Origin: a virus
Taxonomy: Duplodnaviria > Caudoviricetes
IMG/VR virus record: IMGVR_UViG_3300042541_001363
Coordinates: 1-64,000 of that record
Direction: 5' to 3' (one strand)
DNA length: 64,000 bases
Below the pieces are notes generated by a model. That model was not told the DNA's origin. It worked only from the letters and a program-made list of their open reading frames with translations, and did no database searches. The position numbers were made by a program, and so were the translations under genes. Below are positions 10,389 to 20,388 of this stretch, piece after piece; the first letter of the stretch is position 1, and every line of letters begins with the position of its first letter.

Positions 10389-10649
10389 ATGGAAAACGAA
10401 AATTCAAACACTGAAATGGAAGCGATGAGAGCTGAAATGGAAACAAAAAGAGCTGAAATGGAAACAAAAAGAGCTGAAGAAAGAGCTGAGATGGAAGCAA
10501 AAAGAGTTGAAGAAAGAAAAGAAATGGAGGTGAAAAGAGCTGAAATGGAGGCTAATATGAAAGCTAAAATGGAAGCCAAAAAAGCTGAATTCAAAGCTAA
10601 ACAAATTGCTGAACTACAAGCAAGAATTGATGAGCTAAAAAATCAATAG
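10389..10649 (+). CDS. Low-complexity Glu/Met/Lys/Ala/Arg single-helix or coiled-coil protein
   Basis: RAEMETK repeats from a 21-bp tandem repeat at 10428-10478; TATTTAT at 10340-10346. Confidence 0.65.
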   Translation: MENENSNTEMEAMRAEMETKRAEMETKRAEERAEMEAKRVEERKEMEVKRAEMEANMKAKMEAKKAEFKAKQIAELQARIDELKNQ

Positions 10650-10719
10650 GGTAGCCAACAAAAATAACGTTAAATAGGGTTTTATTATTAATTCATATTG
10701 GGTTATAATAACCATAGAT

Positions 10720-10737
10720 TTATGAACATGTTCATAA
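10720..10737. repeat. Perfect 18-bp palindrome ttatgaacatgttcataa
   Basis: Read directly in the 240-bp intergenic gap. Confidence 0.85.
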
Positions 10738-10892
10738 TTTTTTTATTGTAGTTTTTGTTAAGGAATACGTAGGGTTAGCATACTTTTTAGTCGGTGGTAT
10801 GAGTCTAATAAATTAGTTATAAAATAATATGATTTTTTTTTAGATTAAACCGATTTTTTAGAAAATCACCCATATTTATTAATAAAATTAAT

Positions 10893-11138
10893 ATGAAAAT
10901 TAAACAAGAAGAAAATAAACATTCTATTTCAGATTTATATTTAGCTGCATATTTAAAAACCAAAGGTCAAAAGTTTAAATTATCTAAAACAAATAATAAA
11001 TATTTGTTTCAATTTGACAAGACCGAATCTCTTACTGATTTAATTAATGAATATTTAAATGAAAATGGTATATGTGAACCATTAGCTTATACTAACGCTA
11101 TTAAAAACATAAAAACATTAATTTATAATAATAAATAA
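10893..11138 (+). CDS. DUF5659-like small protein, paralogue 2
   Basis: SDLYLAAYLKTKG...CEPLAYTNAIKNIK; TATTTAT at 10873-10879. Confidence 0.65.
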   Translation: MKIKQEENKHSISDLYLAAYLKTKGQKFKLSKTNNKYLFQFDKTESLTDLINEYLNENGICEPLAYTNAIKNIKTLIYNNK

Positions 11139-11159
11139 CACCTAATAACTTAAAAAAAA

Positions 11160-14153
11160 ATGGGACAAACTAAAATTGTATTAAATCGCCAAGCCGATTT
11201 AATTTTGGACAATGCTATCATTAGAACACCTAGTGGTCTTACTGAGAGTGATATATCTGGGTTAGTTAGTGATTTATCAGCGTTAAATTCGGCTGATTCA
11301 TCGATTTCAACTAAATTATCAACTGATATGTCAAATGAAATCGTTGCTCGTGTATCTGGTGATGCATCTGTCAACGTAATATTATCAAATGAAGTAGTTA
11401 GAGCTACGTCTGCTGAAGCTTCAATAATCGCTTTTGAATCAGCTGCTATGTCAACTGAGGTTGCTACACGTATTTCTGGTGATGAGTCTTTAGCTTCTGT
11501 AGTATCAATCGCAATTTCTAACGAAGTAGTTGCTAGAAATACTGCTGATTCAATTATTGATTCAGCATTATCTGCTGAAACTTCTAATCGTTTAGCTGCT
11601 GATGTAACTATTCAAAATTACTTAGATGCTGAAGAATTAAGAGCTGAATCTGTTGAGACTATCTTAAGTGGTGCTATTTCATCTGAAATTAGCCGTGCTA
11701 ACGTTGCTGAAGGTTCTTTAGGTATTTTATTATCTTCTGAGGTTTCTGCTCGTATTTCTGATGTTGATACTGAAGAATCTAGAGCTACATCTGCTGAGGG
11801 TTCATTGGCTTCTAATTTATCATCTGAAGCTTCTAGAGCTATTCTTGCTGAAGGTTCTTTAGATACAGCTGTTATCAATGAGAAAAACAGAATTGACGCG
11901 ATTTTATCTGCTTCAACATTCTCTGCTGACTCTTTCGCTGAAATAGTTACTTTGATTAACTCTATCGATACTGGTAATGACGAAGGTTTTGCATCATATG
12001 TATTATCTAACGATGCTGCTTTAAGTACTGAGTTGGTTGCTAGAGCATCTGCTGATACTTCATTAGCTGCTAATTTATCTTCTGAAGAGTCTAGAGCTAC
12101 AGCTGCTGAAGCTTCATTAGCGTCTAATTTATCTTCTGAAGCTTCTAGAGCTACACTTGCTGAAGGTTCTTTGGATACTAAATTATCTGCTGAGGAGTCT
12201 AGAGCTACATCTGCTGAGTCTTTATTAGCATCTGGTTTATCATCTGAGATTGTTGCTAGAACATCTAATGATACATTATTCGAAGCTAACTTATCTGTTG
12301 AGACATCTAGAGCTACATCTGCTGAGGCTTTATTGAGAAGCGATTTATCTTCTGAGATTATTGCTCGTGTATCTGACGTTGATGCTGAAGAATCTAGAGC
12401 AATGTCTGCTGAAGCTTCTATTAACGTAGCTACATCAACTAATATGTCAACTGAAGTTGCTGCTAGAACATCTGCTGATACTTCATTAGCTTCTAATTTA
12501 TCTTCTGAATTAGTTGCTAGAGACTCTGCTGATACTTCATTAGCTACTTCTGTTAGTAGTCAAATGTCAAGTGAGGTTGCTGCTAGAACATCTGCTGATG
12601 CTTCTTTGAATAGTGGTTTATCATCTGAGATTGTTGCTAGAACATCTGCTGATACTTCATTGACAACTAGAGTATCTACTGAAACATCTAGAGCTACAGT
12701 TGCTGAGGCTTCTTTATCTACTTTATTAAGTGGTCAAGTGTCAAGTGAGGCTGCTGTTCGTGTTTCTGGTGATACTTCATTACAAACACAAATTGACTCT
12801 TTACCTTTCACTGATAACGCTACAGTTGAAGTAGCTAGTAATAGCTTACGTTTGAAAGATTCTGTTGGAGCTGCTAGTGGTGGTACTCGTACATGGGCTG
12901 GTTTACAAAACGCATCGGTGCAACCAGATACATTAGCTGGATTTGGTGATTTAACTTATATCACTAAAGCTTACGCAAGTGTTCAAATGTCAACTGAAGT
13001 TGCTACTAGAACATCTGCTGATACTTCATTAACAACTAGAGTGTCTACTGAAACATCTAGAGCTACAGTTGCTGAAGCTTCTTTATCTACTTTATTAAGT
13101 GGTCAAATGTCAACTGAGGTTGCATCTAGAACATCTGCTGATGCTTCATTAGCTACTTTATTAAGTGGTCAAATGTCAACTGAGGTTGCGTCTAGAACAT
13201 CTGCTGATACTTCATTAACAACTTCTGTTAGTACTGAAAGAAACAGAATTGATGCGATTTTATCTGCTTCAACATTCTCTGCTGACTCTTTCGCTGAAAT
13301 AGTTACTTTGATTAACTCTGTTGATACAACAAACGATGAATCATTCGCTGGTTATGTATTATCTAATAACGCTGCTTTAAGTACTGAATTAGTTGCTAGA
13401 GCATCTGCTGATACTTCATTGGCTACTTTATTAAGTGGTGATATGTCAACTGAGGTTGCATCTAGAACATCTGCTGATGCTTCATTAGCTACTTTATTAA
13501 GTGGTGATATGTCAAGTGAGGTTGCTACTAGAACATCTGCTGATGCTTCATTAGCTACTTTATTAAGTGGTGATATGTCAAGTGAGGTTGCTACTAGAAC
13601 ATCTGCTGATGCTTCTTTAGCTTCTAATTTATCTTCTGAAGCTTCTAGAGCTACAGCTGCTGAATTATCATTATCTAACTTGTTAGGTGCTGACGTATCA
13701 ACTGAAATCTCAAGAGCGACATCAGCTGAAGCTTCTTTGGGTTCTGCATTAAGTGCTGAAATTTCTAGAGCTACTTCAATTGAAGGTACTTTAGATGTTA
13801 AGATATCAGATATTATTTCTAATGCTGACTTGACACAAGTTGATTCATTTGTTGAAACAATTAACCAATTTAATTCAATGATTGAGACTAATTTTAATAG
13901 TATTTATGCTAAGAAAAATACATCTTCTCAAGCACCTAATGGTACTGCTACAGTATTCCCATTGGTTAACGCTGTTAAGGTTGGTTCTGAGCAAGTATAC
14001 TTAAACGGTCTTATGTTAGATGCTGGTGATTATACAACTACAGTAGTTGATAGTGAAGTAACTGAAATAACATTTAATTTGGCACCAGATTCAGGTGACA
14101 AAGTAGTATTCTACGGTGTTTACGGTTCATTCACTAACGTTGATTTTGAATAA
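11160..14153 (+). CDS. Long repeat-built coiled-coil fibre protein with a C-terminal beta domain
   Basis: Many S.E.SRATSAE.SL / SEVA.RTSAD.SL repeats with 18- and 22-aa periods; C-terminal GSEQVYLNG domain. Confidence 0.75.
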   Translation: MGQTKIVLNRQADLILDNAIIRTPSGLTESDISGLVSDLSALNSADSSISTKLSTDMSNEIVARVSGDASVNVILSNEVVRATSAEASIIAFESAAMSTEVATRISGDESLASVVSIAISNEVVARNTADSIIDSALSAETSNRLAADVTIQNYLDAEELRAESVETILSGAISSEISRANVAEGSLGILLSSEVSARISDVDTEESRATSAEGSLASNLSSEASRAILAEGSLDTAVINEKNRIDAILSASTFSADSFAEIVTLINSIDTGNDEGFASYVLSNDAALSTELVARASADTSLAANLSSEESRATAAEASLASNLSSEASRATLAEGSLDTKLSAEESRATSAESLLASGLSSEIVARTSNDTLFEANLSVETSRATSAEALLRSDLSSEIIARVSDVDAEESRAMSAEASINVATSTNMSTEVAARTSADTSLASNLSSELVARDSADTSLATSVSSQMSSEVAARTSADASLNSGLSSEIVARTSADTSLTTRVSTETSRATVAEASLSTLLSGQVSSEAAVRVSGDTSLQTQIDSLPFTDNATVEVASNSLRLKDSVGAASGGTRTWAGLQNASVQPDTLAGFGDLTYITKAYASVQMSTEVATRTSADTSLTTRVSTETSRATVAEASLSTLLSGQMSTEVASRTSADASLATLLSGQMSTEVASRTSADTSLTTSVSTERNRIDAILSASTFSADSFAEIVTLINSVDTTNDESFAGYVLSNNAALSTELVARASADTSLATLLSGDMSTEVASRTSADASLATLLSGDMSSEVATRTSADASLATLLSGDMSSEVATRTSADASLASNLSSEASRATAAELSLSNLLGADVSTEISRATSAEASLGSALSAEISRATSIEGTLDVKISDIISNADLTQVDSFVETINQFNSMIETNFNSIYAKKNTSSQAPNGTATVFPLVNAVKVGSEQVYLNGLMLDAGDYTTTVVDSEVTEITFNLAPDSGDKVVFYGVYGSFTNVDFE

Positions 14154-14178
14154 CACAAAATAATTAATCATTTAAAGG

Positions 14179-14208
14179 AAGGTTAGGTTTAAAGCCTAGC
14201 CTTTTTTT
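14179..14208 (+). terminator. Intrinsic terminator
   Basis: aaggttaggtt-taa-agcctagcctt followed by a T tract. Confidence 0.75.
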
Positions 14209-14239
14209 AATATGATATTTAAAAATAAAAATAAAAATT

Positions 14240-15022
14240 ATGACAAATATAATAAATCAATATGGACAAGTTAAGTTGGGTGTTAGAATACCACCATTAT
14301 ACCCAGCATTTGTAACCTCTGGATTAGGGTTTAGTTACGATGCTTTCGATTCAGCATCATATCCAGGAACTGGAAATATTTTCTATGATACCTCTGGAAA
14401 TAATAGAAATATGACATTATTAAACCAAGTTTTACCATCAGGTACACCAAGTGGTAGTAATATCTCTTATGTTAATACTGGTATTAAAAGATTAGTATTT
14501 AACTACTCAGCTGGAGGTTCTAATGGTTCCAATTCATATGGTAAAGTTCCATTATCAACAACAATTGATGCTAATGGATATACTTTCGGTGGTTGGGTTC
14601 AAAACATAACAGGCGGTGGTTATACATTCCAAAAAGGAATGGATGGTGTTTATGGTGGATGGGCCATTACACTGAGTGTTGGCGATGCTAGTGCTTCGAT
14701 GGGTATAATTAATGCTAATAGTCAATACGTTGGCTTCGGGTCTAATTTAACATTAACTAGTAACCAATGGTATTATGTTGTTGGTCAATATGTTCATAAT
14801 ACATCATTAAAAATCTATGTTAACGGAGTATTAGCAAATACGGTTAATCAAACAACTACACAAATATCACTTCGTAATTCACCAGGATGGACTATAAGTG
14901 GTGTGGCAACGAATATACAAGGTAAGTCTGTGGTATCAACATTCCATACATATAATAGAGTATTGACATCAGATGAAATTCTTCAAAATTTCAATTCAAA
15001 TAAATCCAGATACGGATATTAA
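14240..15022 (+). CDS. Tagged module 1: MTNIINQYGQVKLGVR + LamG/ConA-like domain
   Basis: VTSGLGFSYDA...SYPGTG...YDTSGN; WYYVVG, IYVNG, YNRVLTSDEILQNF. Confidence 0.8.
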   Translation: MTNIINQYGQVKLGVRIPPLYPAFVTSGLGFSYDAFDSASYPGTGNIFYDTSGNNRNMTLLNQVLPSGTPSGSNISYVNTGIKRLVFNYSAGGSNGSNSYGKVPLSTTIDANGYTFGGWVQNITGGGYTFQKGMDGVYGGWAITLSVGDASASMGIINANSQYVGFGSNLTLTSNQWYYVVGQYVHNTSLKIYVNGVLANTVNQTTTQISLRNSPGWTISGVATNIQGKSVVSTFHTYNRVLTSDEILQNFNSNKSRYGY

Positions 15023-15038
15023 AAAATAAAAAATAATT

Positions 15039-15224
15039 ATGATAGTAAAAATAATAAATGAAGCATTATATAATATAGTTACTTATCCAGATAATGAAGG
15101 TAACGTATATTTTAATCCAATAGCACATGGCGATAACACTTGGTATGTCACAACTGAAGATGTTAATAATTGTGATTTTGAATTCTTCAATTTTCTTAAA
15201 AATCATGAAGATATAGAAATTTAA
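15039..15224 (+). CDS. Small partner protein, family A (divergent)
   Basis: YFNPIAHGDNTWYVTTEDVNNC aligns to FFNPTQDADGNWFISVEEVNGC. Confidence 0.6.
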   Translation: MIVKIINEALYNIVTYPDNEGNVYFNPIAHGDNTWYVTTEDVNNCDFEFFNFLKNHEDIEI

Positions 15225-15245
15225 TTAAATTAATAAATATAAAAA

Positions 15246-15467
15246 ATGGAAAACGTATACAAATTAACAGAAACACAAAAAGACCTATTGGTAGGTCAAA
15301 CATGGGATGGGGTTCAATTCTTTAATCCAACTCAAGATGCAGACGAAAACTGGTTTATTTCAGTTGAGGAAGTGAATGGATGCACTCACGAAAATGGTGC
15401 ATTCGAATGGATTCATGAATTACCACTTATCCCTTACAATCCAGTTATAAGTGAATTACCATTATAA
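15246..15467 (+). CDS. Small partner protein, family A (orphan)
   Basis: 69/73 aa identical to 20389. Confidence 0.85.
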   Translation: MENVYKLTETQKDLLVGQTWDGVQFFNPTQDADENWFISVEEVNGCTHENGAFEWIHELPLIPYNPVISELPL

Positions 15468-15491
15468 TAAAAACTAATAAACTTAATTAAC

Positions 15492-15713
15492 ATGCAAGGA
15501 TACAAATATACAACAGAACAAGAAGCAATTGATGCAAGAGCACAAGCAGCTTCATATATGGGATTACCTAACCCAACAATGGATACATTATATTGGGTTA
15601 ACTATAGTCATTCAGAACTTGACGGTTTCTACTACATTCAACACGTTGAAGGACTTGAGGATGTACTAGGTGAACCAATTGAATTTACAGTTACATTTCC
15701 CGAACTAAACTAA
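15492..15713 (+). CDS. Small partner protein, family B
   Basis: 61/73 aa identical to 17578 (GYKYT.EQEAIDARAQAASYMGLPNPT). Confidence 0.85.
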   Translation: MQGYKYTTEQEAIDARAQAASYMGLPNPTMDTLYWVNYSHSELDGFYYIQHVEGLEDVLGEPIEFTVTFPELN

Positions 15714-15736
15714 AAAAATAAATTAATTAAATAAAT

Positions 15737-16591
15737 ATGGCAAATATAATAAATCAATATGGTCAAGTTAAATTGGGTGTTCAACCAACACCTCCAACAC
15801 CACCTAAATTATTAGATATTTATACTAATTCTGCTGGTGCTTTTTCTTTAAGAAAACTTAGAACAGCGTATAACGGTGCTGCAATTAAAGTTAGACGTTC
15901 ATCCGATAATCAATCACAAGATATTGGATTCGATGCTAATGGTAATTTAGACACAACATCTATGTTATCATTTGTTGGTGCTGGTAATGGGTTTGTATCT
16001 ATATGGTATGACCAATCAGGTAATGGTAGAAGTTCTACCCAAACAACATCATCAAGTCAACCATATATTGTTATCAATGGTTCTCTTTCCGTACAAAACG
16101 GTAAACCAGCATTATATTTTGATGGGGCCAATTCATGGCTAGTATGTTCACCATTTACAAACTCTACATACCAAGTAGAACCATTCAGTTTAATCTCAGT
16201 AATGGGGCTTAATCCTGGATATTCAACTAGTGGAGTTTATTGTCCATATGGTACATATAGTACCTCCCAATTTAGGTTAAGAATTAATAATAATAAATAT
16301 GAGATATATAATGGGTCAACAGGACTATTAAGTTCTGTAAACGCAAGTTCTGGACAAAAAATAATATCAAATATTTATAGTGGTACTGATAAACTAAGAG
16401 TGAATGGCGTTGAGGTGATAAGTGGGAATTCTGGGAATGCGGTTGGAACGTATTTTGGGATAGGAAGAAGTTGGTGGTCAGGATGGAATTATTATGGATA
16501 TATCCAGGAAACTATTGTTTATCAAACAGACCAAAGCACTAATATTTCAAGCATCGAATCAATCATTAACTCATTCTATTCAAGCTATTAG
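15737..16591 (+). CDS. Tagged module 2: tag + ConA-like domain (arabinofuranosidase-B catalytic-like)
   Basis: LLDIY...AFSLRKL...VRRSSD...DIGFDANG...WYDQSGNG. Confidence 0.8.
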   Translation: MANIINQYGQVKLGVQPTPPTPPKLLDIYTNSAGAFSLRKLRTAYNGAAIKVRRSSDNQSQDIGFDANGNLDTTSMLSFVGAGNGFVSIWYDQSGNGRSSTQTTSSSQPYIVINGSLSVQNGKPALYFDGANSWLVCSPFTNSTYQVEPFSLISVMGLNPGYSTSGVYCPYGTYSTSQFRLRINNNKYEIYNGSTGLLSSVNASSGQKIISNIYSGTDKLRVNGVEVISGNSGNAVGTYFGIGRSWWSGWNYYGYIQETIVYQTDQSTNISSIESIINSFYSSY

Positions 16592-16593
16592 TA

Positions 16594-16629
16594 TCTTACA
16601 ATCCAATTATAAGCGAATTACCTATGTAA
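16594..16629 (+). pseudogene. 36-nt 3' remnant of a family A partner gene (SYNPIISELPM*)
   Basis: Matches the end of 21507 (PYNPIISELPM*); has no start and abuts the stop of 15737. Confidence 0.75.
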
Positions 16630-16657
16630 TAATAACAATAAATAAATAAATATAAAT

Positions 16658-17575
16658 ATGGCAAATATAATAAATCAATACGGACAAGTTAAGTTGGGTG
16701 TAAGATTTGCATCAGCACCATTAGTGTCTTCTTATCTTTTAGACACGTATAGTGGAGCGACTGCTGCTTATTCACTACGTAAATTATCATCAACTTATAG
16801 CGGTAATGCGATACGTATAAGACGTTCAAGTGATAGTACTTCACTAGATATTGGATTTACAGCTAATGGTGGTCTAGATACTACATCAGTTTTATCATTT
16901 ATCGCTGGTGGTACAGCTTTTGTGTCGATAATATATGACCAATCTGGAAATGGTAATCACGCAACACAAACAACCGCATCATCTCAACCTTTATTAGCTG
17001 TCGGTGGTATAATCTATACTTTAAATGGTAAACCAATCATTAGAACAACTATACCTGGACTTGGTGGGGCACAAATTTATTTTAATACTCCAATATCTAA
17101 CCTTCAACCACGACCAATTTCAATAGTTCAAGCTGGTGTTATTTATCAATTAGCAAGTAATATTTATGGTAATGTGACTTGTACTTTAGGTGGTGGTAAT
17201 AGTGGTGGTTTAGGTGGTGGTAGATACACATTCGGAGTTACTCCTTCAAATTTTAGTATATATAGACAAAATACTGATGGGTCAGCGGTTAGTGTTAATA
17301 ATGGTGTATATAATAACAATGGTTATATACAACAAGGTCATTTTGACTCAACAACTTTAACTAATAGATTCAACGGTAATGATGTATCAACTAGTATTAC
17401 TGATACTAACCAATATAATTTATCTTCCAATTTCACATTAATGGGGGGTAATATATCTAATAATTTATTTTTTGGTAATGTGGGGTTATTAGAAAATATC
17501 TTTTATTTAAACAATCAAACATCCAACCGTACTGGTATTGAATCAAACATAAACTCATTCTATTCAATTTACTAA
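16658..17575 (+). CDS. Tagged module 3: tag + ConA-like domain (same type as module 2)
   Basis: LLDTYSGATAAYSLRKL...IRRSSD...YDQSGNG; ends IESNINSFYSIY like module 2. Confidence 0.8.
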   Translation: MANIINQYGQVKLGVRFASAPLVSSYLLDTYSGATAAYSLRKLSSTYSGNAIRIRRSSDSTSLDIGFTANGGLDTTSVLSFIAGGTAFVSIIYDQSGNGNHATQTTASSQPLLAVGGIIYTLNGKPIIRTTIPGLGGAQIYFNTPISNLQPRPISIVQAGVIYQLASNIYGNVTCTLGGGNSGGLGGGRYTFGVTPSNFSIYRQNTDGSAVSVNNGVYNNNGYIQQGHFDSTTLTNRFNGNDVSTSITDTNQYNLSSNFTLMGGNISNNLFFGNVGLLENIFYLNNQTSNRTGIESNINSFYSIY

Positions 17576-17577
17576 AC

Positions 17578-17799
17578 ATGATAGGATATAAATACACAAT
17601 AGAACAAGAAGCAATTGACGCAAGAGCGCAAGCAGCTTCATATATGGGATTACCTAACCCAACTGGTGATACATTATATTGGGTTAATTACGAATATTCT
17701 CATTTAGATGGATTCTATTACATTCAACACGTTGAAGGGTTAGAAGCTGTACTAGGTGATACTATTGAGTTTGAAATCACAATCCCAGAACTAAACTAA
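17578..17799 (+). CDS. Small partner protein, family B
   Basis: Paralogue of 15492; starts 2 nt after module 3. Confidence 0.85.
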   Translation: MIGYKYTIEQEAIDARAQAASYMGLPNPTGDTLYWVNYEYSHLDGFYYIQHVEGLEAVLGDTIEFEITIPELN

Positions 17800-17826
17800 A
17801 AATAAAATAAATAAATAAAATAAATT

Positions 17827-19272
17827 ATGGCAAATATAATAAATCAATACGGACAAGTTAAATTGGGTATTAGAGTTCCATCGTCACCATTGATTTCATC
17901 ACTATGGAATAGCATCTATTCCGTTTACAATGCAGATGCTGTCGGTTCATCATCACTAAAAACATCGTTATTCGCAGCGTATAATGGAGAATCAAACACA
18001 AATGACTCATTTGGTAGTAATAATGGTACACCTGTAGGTGGTTTAACTTATACTACTGGTAAAATTGGTAATGCGTTCCAATTTAATGGTAGTACTGCTT
18101 ATGTTAGTATACCAAATACATCAAATCAATTTAATTTTGATGGTGATTTTTCTATATCAACATGGGTAAATACACCTAATTATACTAGTAGTAGAATTAT
18201 TTTTTCTAATTATTCACTAGGGGGAACTTATGGTTATGGAATAATGATTTACCATGCTAATACTAATATTTTTGGTTGTGCATTATATAACGGAAATACA
18301 ATAGGTCAATATCACACAAGTGCTGGTATTACTACTAATTCATGGAACCATGTTGTTGTTGTTAGAAAAGTCGGGCAGAATACTAAAATATATATTAACG
18401 GCACATTAGCTAGTGGGTCATATCCATTAGGGAATTCATCAATAGCACCATCATTCCCTGGAACTCAAATAGTAAATATAGGTTCGTATTCAAATGGTTC
18501 TAACCTTGCAACTTATCAGCAAGATGCTACTACCATATGGAATAGAGAATTAACCGCATCCGAAATCACCGAACTATACAACTCAGGTAACGGTGCACAA
18601 TACATTACTGATTCATTCTACAAACCAACAACAAGCGATGCGTTAAACACGTATAACGGAACAGCACAAGGTGGTTTAACTTATGGTGTTGGTAAAGTTG
18701 GAACTGCGTTTCAATTTAATGGTACTACTGCTTATGTACAACTAGGTGACGTTATGGATGTTGGAACAAGTAGTTGGTCTTACTCAATGTGGTTCAATGT
18801 TAATTCATTAAACTCTGGTACATATTTAGTACTTTTCTCCAAATCCCTAGCCGCAGCATTAACAGGTAGGGTATGGATAACTACTTATGGTAATAAAATG
18901 CAATTTAACTTTGACGCATTAACTAATGTTAATATCATAAATACTGAATCTACCACTACTTTTAACACAAACACTTGGTATCACCTTGTTTGTGTGTTAG
19001 ATAGAAATGATAAGTTAAAGATGTATATAAATGGTGTACAGGAAAATTTAAGTACTATCTCAGGTACTAATAATTTAACACCTTATTCAGCAACTAATTA
19101 CAATACAAATAATCCATTTAGAATTGGTGCATATACTGCATCTGATAACACTACTGCTATTGGTTTCTATAGTGGTAAAATTGACGAGTTTAACGTATGG
19201 AATCGTGTATTAACCCAATCAGAAATCACGGAACTATACAACTCAGGTAACGGTAAACAATACCCTAACTAA
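17827..19272 (+). CDS. Tagged module 4: tag + two tandem Laminin_G_3-like domains
   Basis: GK(I/V)G.AFQFNG x2, W(N/Y)H(V/L)V x2, WNR.LT.SEITELYNSGNG x2. Confidence 0.85.
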   Translation: MANIINQYGQVKLGIRVPSSPLISSLWNSIYSVYNADAVGSSSLKTSLFAAYNGESNTNDSFGSNNGTPVGGLTYTTGKIGNAFQFNGSTAYVSIPNTSNQFNFDGDFSISTWVNTPNYTSSRIIFSNYSLGGTYGYGIMIYHANTNIFGCALYNGNTIGQYHTSAGITTNSWNHVVVVRKVGQNTKIYINGTLASGSYPLGNSSIAPSFPGTQIVNIGSYSNGSNLATYQQDATTIWNRELTASEITELYNSGNGAQYITDSFYKPTTSDALNTYNGTAQGGLTYGVGKVGTAFQFNGTTAYVQLGDVMDVGTSSWSYSMWFNVNSLNSGTYLVLFSKSLAAALTGRVWITTYGNKMQFNFDALTNVNIINTESTTTFNTNTWYHLVCVLDRNDKLKMYINGVQENLSTISGTNNLTPYSATNYNTNNPFRIGAYTASDNTTAIGFYSGKIDEFNVWNRVLTQSEITELYNSGNGKQYPN

Positions 19273-19301
19273 TAATTAACTAAAACTTAAAAAAATATAT
19301 C

Positions 19302-19514
19302 ATGAAAGTAAGACAATTGACAGCAGAACAAAAAGACCTATTAATCGGTCAAATGTGGAATAACCAAGCATATTTCAACCCAACAATAGACGCAGATGGA
19401 AATTGGTTCATATCAAACGAAGAAGTGAATGGATGCGAAAAACCAGAATTCGCTTGGGTTAAAGAATTAACTGAGATTGACTATAATCCAGTAGTATCTG
19501 AATTATCATTCTAA
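19302..19514 (+). CDS. Small partner protein, family A
   Basis: QKDLLIGQ.W...YFNPTIDADGNWFIS.EEVNGC. Confidence 0.85.
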   Translation: MKVRQLTAEQKDLLIGQMWNNQAYFNPTIDADGNWFISNEEVNGCEKPEFAWVKELTEIDYNPVVSELSF

Positions 19515-19540
19515 TAAAAACTAAAAAATTAAATATAAAT

Positions 19541-20362
19541 ATGGCAAATATAATAAATCAATACGGACAAGTTAAGTTAGGTGTAAGAAGTACCATCACT
19601 TCTCCTACGGATGCGGACGCTTTAGCATTCATAACCGCGGCAGCAATTACTGGTGCGACTCAACAAAATGCAATCATAACATTGGTAACTCAATTAAAAA
19701 CTTACGGCATTTGGAGCAAAATGAAGGCATTGTATCCATTTGTGGGTGGAACAGCTGCTCAACATAGGTTTAACCTTAAAGACCCAAGAACGGTAAATGC
19801 TGCGTTCTATTTGGATTTCTTAGGAGGTGGTACTCATAGCGCAAATGGGTATCAACCTAATGGTAATTCATATGCTGAGACTTATTTTAATCCTACAACT
19901 GGATATAGTGTTAATAATAGCGCCCACATTTCATTTTACTCACGCACAAATTCTTCAGAAATTTTTGATACAGAAATGGGTTGTTATGATGTTAACAATC
20001 TTGTCATTACTACAAGGCGTTCAGACCAATCAAACAATACATTTTTATTTGCTAATACAAATAACGGTATAAACTTTGTTGATTCAGATTCATTAGGTTT
20101 ATATGTTTCAAATAGAATAAACAACCAAGCAAATGGATTTAAAAATGGTGTTAGTAAAGGTAGTAATACAGTAACTGACAACGCTAGAAATAATAGGTCA
20201 GTTGTAATTTGCGCGCAATCTTCACTATTATACGGAATAACTCAATACTCATCAAGACAATGTGCATTCTCATCAATCGGTGACGGTTTAACAGACGCAG
20301 AAGCGACAGCACTATATAACGCTGTTCAAGCATTCCAAACTACATTAGGTAGACAAGTATAA
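19541..20362 (+). CDS. Tagged module 5: tag + DADA.AFI-type domain (probably lectin-like)
   Basis: First 112 aa differ from module 6 at only two positions. Confidence 0.8.
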   Translation: MANIINQYGQVKLGVRSTITSPTDADALAFITAAAITGATQQNAIITLVTQLKTYGIWSKMKALYPFVGGTAAQHRFNLKDPRTVNAAFYLDFLGGGTHSANGYQPNGNSYAETYFNPTTGYSVNNSAHISFYSRTNSSEIFDTEMGCYDVNNLVITTRRSDQSNNTFLFANTNNGINFVDSDSLGLYVSNRINNQANGFKNGVSKGSNTVTDNARNNRSVVICAQSSLLYGITQYSSRQCAFSSIGDGLTDAEATALYNAVQAFQTTLGRQV

Positions 20363-20388
20363 TAATAATTAAATAAAAAATATAAAAA

